DNA of 64,000 bases from a virus: the IMG/VR virus record IMGVR_UViG_640753020_000004; one strand, 5' to 3'. Position numbers and translations under genes: made by a program. Position 1 is the stretch's first letter, and the number at the start of each line of letters is the position of its first letter. Below the pieces are notes generated by a model. The model saw only the letters and a program-made list of their open reading frames with translations, was not told the DNA's origin and ran no database searches. Shown piece after piece: positions 57,083 through 64,000 of the stretch.

Positions 57083-58021
57083 CTAACCTCCCCTGCACTT
57101 AGGACATTCCACCCATTCATTGTTTTGTCTCACCACTCCTTTACCTCCACAAACAGGGCAACACCCTTGATTTACAACCTTGTAAGATGGCGGTTTAGGA
57201 GCATTCTTTTCTTTCTTGGAAGTTCCACATTCCTCACTTTTTCCTTCCACAAGCCAATTTTTTAAAATTTTCTCCATGTAGCTTAAAATAAATTTATTTT
57301 TGTTCTTGACCATAATCTGCATTGCTTCTTTGCACCAGTCATAGCCATAAGTGTTTATAAATATCTTTAAAGCTGCCAAGTGTGCAGTTATATTTTCACC
57401 TGGTTTCAGAACTTCCCAATATTTACAAAGTTCTAAAGCGTTATTATCGAGAGAGAGATCTTTTTTCTCTCTTCTCTCTCTCTTATTATCTAGATCTAGA
57501 TCTTCTTCTCTCTCTCTCTCTCTTATAGCGTGACTGTCACGTGACATTTCGTGACTATCTTGTGACATCACAATTTCCTCTCCTTCTGTCACGTTTTCTT
57601 CACTGTTTTTTGGCTCTTCCAGTAACTCCTGCTGTTTTTCTTTTTCCCTTTGCCTTCGTTTTCTAAGTCTATTTCCTTCTCTGATTTTATCCATACTTTC
57701 CACATTTTGATGTTTGTCCCAATTAGTTATTTTTAAATCGTTGTTTTCGGACCTTTGAATCATTCCGAATTTTTTCAAAGTATCCAAGGCAAGTCTTACA
57801 GTATTAAGAGGTCTATTAAAGATTGCCGATAACATCTCATCAGTGTAGGGTATATCCTCTGCAAGGAATATATACCCTCCTGCATTTGTCTTGCCTGCCT
57901 GTACCAAAAGACGCATCCAAATGTAAAATATAGTATCATGTTCAGGCATTGCATCTATTATTTTAATTTTTTCGTCATCAAACATTGCTGTACTTATTTT
58001 AATCCACTTAACTTCTGCCAT
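57083..58021 (-). CDS. Phage replisome organiser/replication initiator
   Basis: VKWIKIST.MFDDEKIKIIDAMPE..WMRLL..AGK; I.NW.KHQN; DnaD-like C-terminal region. Confidence 0.9.
   Translation of the reverse strand: MAEVKWIKISTAMFDDEKIKIIDAMPEHDTIFYIWMRLLVQAGKTNAGGYIFLAEDIPYTDEMLSAIFNRPLNTVRLALDTLKKFGMIQRSENNDLKITNWDKHQNVESMDKIREGNRLRKRRQREKEKQQELLEEPKNSEENVTEGEEIVMSQDSHEMSRDSHAIREREREEDLDLDNKRERREKKDLSLDNNALELCKYWEVLKPGENITAHLAALKIFINTYGYDWCKEAMQIMVKNKNKFILSYMEKILKNWLVEGKSEECGTSKKEKNAPKPPSYKVVNQGCCPVCGGKGVVRQNNEWVECPKCRGG
57529..57593. repeat. GTGAC/GTCAC iterons inside the initiator gene (putative origin)
   Basis: GTGAC at 57530, 57541, 57551, 57562; GTCAC at 57536 and 57588. Confidence 0.6.
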
Positions 58022-58061
58022 AATCTCACCTTTTCTACTAAAATAAATTTGTTTCTAATTT

Positions 58062-58856
58062 CTAAAACTCTGAATAATGGAAAGTCCTATCTAGTTTCTT
58101 TGTACTTCTGCAATAAGCACATTTACCACATCTTGTAGGCTTCACAAGCCCATTCTTAACTTGTAAAACACGCTCTATATTCCGTTCAACCTGATTCATG
58201 CCTATTTCATAATCTTCTGGCCTGAAACCCAGTATTACCTTGTCGGGTGGTTTTTGTTTGGTTACAGCAATTATAAAACCCTCTAAGTCATTAATTCCTA
58301 TATTTTGTCTTAAAATTTCTTTGTACACAGCAATTTGGATTAAATAACCCCATCTTTCCACAAATGTAACCCATTCATATTCCTCATCATGTTCCACTTT
58401 TTGTTCCTTGAAATCTCTAGTGCTCTTCAAGTCTATAAAATACCCATCTTCAAGATTTAATAAATCCACTTTGATTTTCCATGGGACTCCGAACAATTCT
58501 CCAGTAAATATCTTTTCTCTTTCTCCAACATAAGCCTGATTAAAATATTCATCTGTTTCTAGGCAATTTATCATTTCATTAGCCTGTCTATAATTTGCTT
58601 TAAGTTCCCCTTTTGTTGTAAATATTTGTGGATGTTCCTGTTTGAATCTATCCAGCGTTCCTTCGAAATGACTGTGGAAGTAACTTCCTACTAATAATGC
58701 TGTACTCTCTTCCTCTTTCCATTCTCCATTCAGGGAAGCCAGGGCAGCTGCTTCACAGCCGCCGAAAGCTTTAAATTGTGATACTGACATATATTGTTGG
58801 TTGGCTTCCTGAGAAAAGTAATTTTCATCTGTAAGTTTTATAAGTGTAGCTTCCAT
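58062..58856 (-). CDS. PD-(D/E)xK exonuclease (DUF3799/RecE-like)
   Basis: YMSVSQFK, LLVGSY.H, WKIKVD, IDLKS, Y.IQ.A.Y. Confidence 0.9.
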   Translation of the reverse strand: MEATLIKLTDENYFSQEANQQYMSVSQFKAFGGCEAAALASLNGEWKEEESTALLVGSYFHSHFEGTLDRFKQEHPQIFTTKGELKANYRQANEMINCLETDEYFNQAYVGEREKIFTGELFGVPWKIKVDLLNLEDGYFIDLKSTRDFKEQKVEHDEEYEWVTFVERWGYLIQIAVYKEILRQNIGINDLEGFIIAVTKQKPPDKVILGFRPEDYEIGMNQVERNIERVLQVKNGLVKPTRCGKCAYCRSTKKLDRTFHYSEF

Positions 58857-59749
58857 TACTCATCAGCTCCTTCAAAAGGTGTACCTTTAAATAAATCTTC
58901 TTGCATATCTTCTGAAGGGGTATCATCTTTTTTCCTATCTTGTGCAGAATCTTTATTAGCTTTTTTAAACTTATCATCAAGTTTAGTCGTAACTTTTTCA
59001 GAATCCACTTCCTCAAATTCTGTATCTATACTATCAGGATTATCAATGTAATCTAGGTTTACCTCCACAGGCTCACCATCAAGTACACCTTTCTTAATTA
59101 CCGCCTGGTCTGCTTGTAGTGCCAATTGCATGTCTATACTTAAAATACCCCATTTACTTAGAGTATTTTTAAGAACTGTTTTTTCAGCCATTCTATTAAA
59201 ATTTGTCTGCCAAGGACCATCATTAAATGCTTTAGAAAATCTCTTTGCATGGGTTATTACTTCTTCTTTACTCCAATAAACATATTTCTCAAAACCACTA
59301 ACCAAGCTGAAATATGCAGCATATCCTATGACCTCATTACTTTCCTTATTTTCAAAATTAAGTTCAATCTTTTCTGTAAGAGGATTCCAGCTTTTTAGTT
59401 GTCCCTTATAAATACTGATAGCATTTATATTCTTATATTGCCCTGTTCTTAAACCCAATTGCACAAAACCTTTATATCCCATCTGAAATTGTGCTTTCTT
59501 TTTATAAGGAACTATCCATGCAAAGCCTAGATTAGGATCTATAGGTAAATCCAAAGTTGCTGCTATCATTGCGGAAGATACAACGCTGTAAGGCTCTATC
59601 CCCTTTAATTTGCCATTAGATACGTTTATGAGACTCGCCATAAACCCTGCAGCCTTTTTACCTAGAATCTCCTGAAATCTCTTTTGCACATTTACATTCG
59701 CCAGAATATTTTTCACTTCCACAGGCTTACCATTTATTAGATTACCCAC
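58856..59749 (-). CDS. recT: RecT-family single-strand annealing recombinase
   Basis: AATLDLPIDPNLGFAWIVPY..AQFQMGYKG..QL, MAEKTV. Confidence 0.92.
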   Translation of the reverse strand: MGNLINGKPVEVKNILANVNVQKRFQEILGKKAAGFMASLINVSNGKLKGIEPYSVVSSAMIAATLDLPIDPNLGFAWIVPYKKKAQFQMGYKGFVQLGLRTGQYKNINAISIYKGQLKSWNPLTEKIELNFENKESNEVIGYAAYFSLVSGFEKYVYWSKEEVITHAKRFSKAFNDGPWQTNFNRMAEKTVLKNTLSKWGILSIDMQLALQADQAVIKKGVLDGEPVEVNLDYIDNPDSIDTEFEEVDSEKVTTKLDDKFKKANKDSAQDRKKDDTPSEDMQEDLFKGTPFEGADE

Positions 59750-59751
59750 GT

Positions 59752-59928
59752 TTATTCCTCCTCTGCTATTTCTTTAAATTCATCTATACAATCACTACAT
59801 ATTTCTCTATTTCCGATCCTATAATAAGAATCCCCTGAACAAATATCCTCTCCGCATATGTCGCATACTGTTATTATTTGTGCCTGTGGAGCCTCATATC
59901 TGTAATCATAACAACAATCTGGTAACAT
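59752..59928 (-). CDS. Small zinc-finger protein (58 aa; not in the ORF track)
   Basis: CDICGE.I..C.DC. Confidence 0.65.
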   Translation of the reverse strand: MLPDCCYDYRYEAPQAQIITVCDICGEDICSGDSYYRIGNREICSDCIDEFKEIAEEE

Positions 59929-59930
59929 AC

Positions 59931-60170
59931 TTATACCTCCATTTCCTTTAAAAAATTATCTATAAGTCTGTTTTGAATTTCTGCTACATCTCTAAAACCT
60001 TTGTAATATCCTCTTTTATAGTCATCATCATTCTTGCCGACATCTTTTGCATAGGATTTAATATGAATACTATTGTCGTTCCTGATACTCTTTAAAAATC
60101 CTATAAGCATATATTTGTCGGTGGCATCTTTATCATAAATTTCTAATTCTTCAGGATACAATTTCTCCAA
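59931..60170 (-). CDS. Hypothetical protein
   Basis: Open frame with a GGAGG RBS. Confidence 0.55.
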   Translation of the reverse strand: MEKLYPEELEIYDKDATDKYMLIGFLKSIRNDNSIHIKSYAKDVGKNDDDYKRGYYKGFRDVAEIQNRLIDNFLKEMEV

Positions 60171-60360
60171 TTTCTACCCCTCCACAACTATTTACTTTTT
60201 CTATAGAAGCAATAAATCCTACTCACATAAATTACACTGCTACATAGTATATAAAGAAATCGCTTATCATGCTCTCCTCTAATATTTGATTTTTCCCCCA
60301 TTCCGGTGTAGAATGGGGATAATGAAGTTTTAATTTTGTGCCCTTTGGCGAGGGCGTTTT

Positions 60361-60597
60361 TTACTTTTCTGGCATTTCGTATACTTTAGCAATAACATTC
60401 TCATCAACATTTAAACAATCCCATAAGCTCTCTTGTATCTCATCCAATACCTCAACAGCTCTTTCTTCGCTTTCGTACTCTCCTAGAGGTCCAGTATCGG
60501 CTCTATTTCCGCCTATACTTGCTCTTATTTCAATACTATAAGCCCCAATTGCTTTTATATCTGCCAAAAGCTTTCTATCTTGACTTCTAATCCACAT
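60361..60597 (-). CDS. Hypothetical phage protein
   Basis: MWIRSQD..LG.YESEERAVEVLDEI. Confidence 0.65.
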   Translation of the reverse strand: MWIRSQDRKLLADIKAIGAYSIEIRASIGGNRADTGPLGEYESEERAVEVLDEIQESLWDCLNVDENVIAKVYEMPEK

Positions 60598-60600
60598 CTC

Positions 60601-60741
60601 CTATCCCTCCATAAATATTTTTACTTCCTCAACTGTCAGTTCATCAATATCCTTAAAAGTCTCTCCAGATACCGGATCATAAAGTTCTCCGTTGTTATCC
60701 AGCTGGCACTCTCTAAGCTTCTTTACTGTAAGTGCATCCAT
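60601..60741 (-). CDS. Small acidic protein (46 aa)
   Basis: Open frame with an AGGTG RBS. Confidence 0.45.
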   Translation of the reverse strand: MDALTVKKLRECQLDNNGELYDPVSGETFKDIDELTVEEVKIFMEG

Positions 60742-60742
60742 G

Positions 60743-61144
60743 TTATTCACCTTCCTTTAAGAGCCTTGGATTTTCGTAGATATTGCCTATAACTTCAAAG
60801 GTAACTATGGGTGTATTATAACTATTAAAGTAGTTAAAAATTTCACCAACAAATTCATCTTGCCATGTAGCCACAAGCGACCCTTCTTTGTATTTAACTA
60901 TAGCATTATGGGTGTTAGTCTTTTTAGTTACTTCATTCAAGTTATTTACTATTTCTATAATATCGCCCTCATAAATCTCTACGCCCTTCTTATCTTTCAA
61001 ACCTGTATACTGCATAACCTCAAAATCTTCTCTATTCTCCCATTCAGCATGTTTAATCCTTAGTACTTCGTCTCCTAAAAGCTCTACTTCTTCCATAGAC
61101 TTATTTTGCTTATCCCATGCACGAAACTTAAGTTCTCTTTGCAT
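60743..61144 (-). CDS. YopX-family protein
   Basis: RELKFRAWD, MQYTGLKDK.G.EIYEGDI, EVIGNIYENP. Confidence 0.93.
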   Translation of the reverse strand: MQRELKFRAWDKQNKSMEEVELLGDEVLRIKHAEWENREDFEVMQYTGLKDKKGVEIYEGDIIEIVNNLNEVTKKTNTHNAIVKYKEGSLVATWQDEFVGEIFNYFNSYNTPIVTFEVIGNIYENPRLLKEGE

Positions 61145-61446
61145 CTGTTACACCTCCTAACTCTTCTTAATCTCCAACGGCTTGTACACATCCTCCTGAC
61201 ACTTGACCTTTTCCACGCAAATTTCCGCAAGTTGAATACCTTCCCTTAAAAGTTCCCTAAGCTTTTTGTTTTCCTTCTGCAGCTTCACAAACTCCTTATC
61301 CCTCATCTATTGGCCTCCTTTAAATAACATTTGCCAAGAATATAATTACAGGTATTAGAACAACTATGGTTAATTGATTCTCTGTGTCATCTTCTCTTTT
61401 AAATCTGATTGTGTGATATATAGCTAGTGCAATAACTGCCATAAGG

Positions 61447-61632
61447 CTATAAACTCCTAATACTTGAACTCCTAGCTGTGTCATACTTCCCCTTCTTCCC
61501 CTCCATCATTTTTCTCATTTCTTCGTTAACAAACTCGTCCATTTCTTGACTAGCCTCTAAAGTTCTAATATCTGATAAGTCATATAAATCCATACATTCA
61601 TGTAACTTATCTCTAGCAGCTTCTATGGTCAT
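61447..61632 (-). CDS. Spo0E-like (aspartyl-phosphate phosphatase family) small protein
   Basis: IE..R.KL..Y.L....TLEASQEMDEFVN, matching the SQELD motif. Confidence 0.7.
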   Translation of the reverse strand: MTIEAARDKLHECMDLYDLSDIRTLEASQEMDEFVNEEMRKMMEGKKGKYDTARSSSIRSL

Positions 61633-61880
61633 GACTGCACCTGCTTTCTTCTATTAATCCTTGAACGCACAGCATCCCTTGATATGCCATATACTTTTCC
61701 AATTTGCCTATATGTGTATCCTTCACTTTTCAGACTTTCCATACATTCAATATCATCTTGTGTGAATTTGGAATATTTCTTCTTCCTTCCTATTGAATCC
61801 CCATTCATTATTCTAAAAGCCTGTTCTACACCAACTGGACGTTGTGAAGCTATTAGAAGCGCATACCAATTTTCCTTCAC
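61629..61880 (-). CDS. Small HTH protein
   Basis: GYTYRQIGKVYGISRDAVRSRI. Confidence 0.75.
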   Translation of the reverse strand: MKENWYALLIASQRPVGVEQAFRIMNGDSIGRKKKYSKFTQDDIECMESLKSEGYTYRQIGKVYGISRDAVRSRINRRKQVQS

Positions 61881-61907
61881 TGTTCTTCCTCCTCTCTTTT
61901 TCCCTAT

Positions 61908-62330
61908 CTAATACCACTCACAATCCTTAGTAATGTGCAACCATACCCCATCCTTTAGGGTTACTTTTAAATAATTCTCCACTCTTTGTATTTTCACTGG
62001 TGCATGTTGCTCTGGGAATTCCCATACATCATAAAACTTTTTGCAAAATCTTTTGAAAAGCTCCTTGTCTGCATCATTTAGTCTGTTGTATCCTTTTACC
62101 ACAGTAGCATCAAACATCTTCTTTACCTCCTCAACTGCCTTCAATCCATTTTTCCTAGCCCATAAATCCAAGTTCTTTTGAGCTTCTTCTCTGGATGAAG
62201 CCATTGGCATCATTGGGGATTTTACACGGTGAAGTCCTCCTGCTTTACTCTTTCTAAATGAACCATATTCTTTCATTCCTAAGCCCTGGCTAACAAATAC
62301 TTCCTTGCCCTTTTTATCTATATACTTCAC
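61908..62330 (-). CDS. Hypothetical protein (possibly two fused ORFs; internal GGAGGT RBS before ATG 62117)
   Basis: Open frame; internal RBS and ATG. Confidence 0.5.
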   Translation of the reverse strand: MKYIDKKGKEVFVSQGLGMKEYGSFRKSKAGGLHRVKSPMMPMASSREEAQKNLDLWARKNGLKAVEEVKKMFDATVVKGYNRLNDADKELFKRFCKKFYDVWEFPEQHAPVKIQRVENYLKVTLKDGVWLHITKDCEWY

Positions 62331-62489
62331 TTATTCCTACTCCTCTCTATATCCTTTGCCATTTTCACCTCTAAGGATAAGTTCCATACGATACCTTTCT
62401 ACATCTAGTCCTCCAATTGGAACCATACCATTGTTATAGGTCCAAATAGCGTTTTTTAAATCATCAACAGATAATTTACTTAAATCCAT

Positions 62490-62702
62490 TTATACTCCCC
62501 TCCTTCTCCTCCTGCATGGTCGTTCCATACTCTCCAATTCCTTGGAATATTCATCTAAGGGTAAATTTCCTAAATTGTTAGTATAGTAATCAATATTTTC
62601 ATGCGGGTAATTCAGTTCTTGAATAATAGTTTGAGCCAATTCCCTGCGTGTTACCTGCTCCCCTGCAAATACACCCATTTTAATTTTTCTTGAGTTGGTC
62701 AT
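62490..62702 (-). CDS. Hypothetical protein
   Basis: Open frame with RBS. Confidence 0.5.
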   Translation of the reverse strand: MTNSRKIKMGVFAGEQVTRRELAQTIIQELNYPHENIDYYTNNLGNLPLDEYSKELESMERPCRRRRRGV

Positions 62703-62880
62703 TTTGTCGCCTGCCTTCCTTTGCTTCCCTGCCTCCTATCAAATTCAGAGATTAAATACCCAAGCTCCTCATGCGTGAGTTCCTCGGATACAGCATCCGC
62801 AAGTAGTATAGAAAACTTTTTAACAAGTTCTGTCCTGTCCTTCGGTAGTGATACAACTGCTGAATACATATAAGTACCTC

Positions 62881-63396
62881 CTATCTTTTGATGTATTTTC
62901 TACTAATGAGCTTTTCTTTCTGAACTTTAAACATTTCCTGAATGTTTAAATTAAATTCTTTACACATGACTGCTATATAGATTGCACTTGCGTTATATAC
63001 ATCTATGGTTTCTTGAATACTTTCAACTATGTTTTGAACATCTTCCATAGTGCAAGTCTTTGGATTTTTAGAAGTTTTGACCAAAGATATAGCCTGTATT
63101 GCTTCGTCAAATTCTTCTACCACTTTTTCCCTTACTGCTGCCCTATGCAAATCAGCAGCTTCTCCATCCAGCCAATTAATATTAAATACATCTCCTGTCA
63201 CTTCACTAGCAGCTTGAAAATATATGAAGGGATTGTCCAACTCCTTACATATAATTCTTAAATTATCCTTTGTAAGATTTCTTCTGCCTGTTTCTATTGC
63301 TGAAATTGTCTTGTCTGATAAAAAACTCATCTGACCTAATTCCTGCTGTGTCATTCCTTTTTCTTCCCTGGCTTCTTTTATCGCAGTTCCTATCAT
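62881..63396 (-). CDS. XRE-family HTH regulator
   Basis: IGTAIKEAREEKGMTQQELG..ISAIETG. Confidence 0.85.
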   Translation of the reverse strand: MIGTAIKEAREEKGMTQQELGQMSFLSDKTISAIETGRRNLTKDNLRIICKELDNPFIYFQAASEVTGDVFNINWLDGEAADLHRAAVREKVVEEFDEAIQAISLVKTSKNPKTCTMEDVQNIVESIQETIDVYNASAIYIAVMCKEFNLNIQEMFKVQKEKLISRKYIKR

Positions 63397-63497
63397 TCTT
63401 TATGTCACCTCCCTTCGCTGTAGAGTTTTAGATAGATATTTTTTGAAATGTAGATTTTTACATATTTGTATCTACATCAAATTTTGATATATTTAAG

Positions 63498-63749
63498 TTA
63501 ACTAAATGAGTTGGCTATACTACTTCCTTTTTTTATTTCGGTTTCCTCTAGCTCTAGTAGCTTACTTATCGGTACTTCTAGGGCTTTGGATATTGCTTCT
63601 AACTTCGGTATAGGTGGTATTATAATTCCGTTTTCATACCGGCTTATAATTGATTGCTCAATACCTGTTATTTCTGCTAGTTCTTCTTGAGTTATATTTT
63701 TTTGAATTCGAATGTTACGAATATTTTTTCCTACTTTCATTGCTGTCAC
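63498..63749 (-). CDS. Cro-like repressor (primary switch)
   Basis: VGKNIRNIRIQKNITQEELAEITGIEQSIISRYENG; divergent from cI. Confidence 0.85.
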   Translation of the reverse strand: MTAMKVGKNIRNIRIQKNITQEELAEITGIEQSIISRYENGIIIPPIPKLEAISKALEVPISKLLELEETEIKKGSSIANSFS

Positions 63750-63769
63750 CTCCTGCTACTTATAATTTA

Positions 63770-63907
63770 ATTATATGCGTTTTAGGCATATTGTCAATAT
63801 AAAAATATCTTTTATACGCATATAAAATTGATTTATGTCCATTTCCCTTGCAATATCTCTTAATCTCTTATATCATTAGATTATATAAATATGCTTCTTA
63901 CGAATAT
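63770..63907. promoter_or_regulatory. Early lytic promoter and three 19-bp operators
   Basis: Minus-strand TTGACA (63797-63792)-N16-TATAAT (63775-63770). Operators ATATGC-N7-GCATAT (63773), ATATCT-N7-GCATAT (63805), ATATGC-N7-GAATAT (63889). Confidence 0.75.
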
Positions 63908-63925
63908 TAATGTACAGGTGATAAT

Positions 63926-64000
63926 ATGTTTGATTTAGGTGCTCGTATTAGAGAATTAAGAAAACTAAATAACGTAACTGCTGTTAAATTATCAGCTAAA
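63926..64000 (+). CDS. CI-like repressor, N-terminal 25 codons (truncated by the window end)
   Basis: MFDLGARIRELRKLNNVTAVKLSAK, AGGTG RBS, divergent from cro. Confidence 0.7.
   Translation, partial: MFDLGARIRELRKLNNVTAVKLSAK

Larger units (their letters stand above)
2309..64000 (-). mobile_element. Temperate prophage B, contractile-tail (myovirus, PBSX/phiCD-like); continues past the window end, where its own integrase is expected
   Basis: Full module order is present: lysis, tail fibre, baseplate, TMP, tube, sheath, capsid, portal, terminase, late activator, helicase, RecT, cro/cI. Confidence 0.95.

Noticed and set aside
57460-57525. CT/AG microsatellite as a phase-variation tract
   Set aside because: It encodes the charged RERE linker typical of replisome organisers, and the frame is intact.
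58825-59016. 63-aa alternative-frame ORF in recT
   Set aside because: It overlaps the recT C-terminus on the same strand without an RBS.
60300-60362. c-di-GMP riboswitch
   Set aside because: Two simple hairpins only; the GEMM GGCAAA/GCAAA architecture is not present.
1-64000. CRISPR array
   Set aside because: No run of equal-length repeats with unique spacers was seen. The 11-bp repeats at 48509-48570 are contiguous, and the 72-bp element is dispersed.

Overview
Low-GC DNA that looks like Clostridium, almost entirely prophage. Bases 1-~1768 are the right end of one integrated element: a large serine recombinase (98-1747) ending at an att-like junction. Bases 1769-2308 are a stranded 540-bp internal fragment of a host FAD-dependent oxidoreductase (GidA-like) gene. 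From ~2309 to beyond the window end lies a second, contractile-tailed (PBSX/phiCD-like) prophage, mostly on the minus strand. Its order, left to right, is defence morons, lysis, tail fibre/baseplate, tape measure, a ~7.8-kb accessory island with a second genetic switch, tail/head/packaging, a NACHT moron, late control, replication/recombination, and the cro/cI switch. Main observations: (1) one host gene appears interrupted at two sites 534 bp apart, with related att arms; (2) an ORF-less group I intron (22217-22514) splits the tape measure gene, with P1, P3 and P7 pairings and the terminal G visible and an in-frame ligation; (3) a repeated ~72-bp divergent element with sigma-H-like promoters drives antisense morons, alongside other sporulation-linked cargo (spore-coat-like gene with a sigma-K-like promoter, Spo0E-like gene); (4) tRNA-acceptor-like minihelices ending in NCCA; (5) candidate defence or toxin modules (RosmerTA-like, NACHT, HicAB, type I toxin, MuF polymorphic toxin plus immunity). 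All family assignments come from motif recognition by eye; no database search was run.
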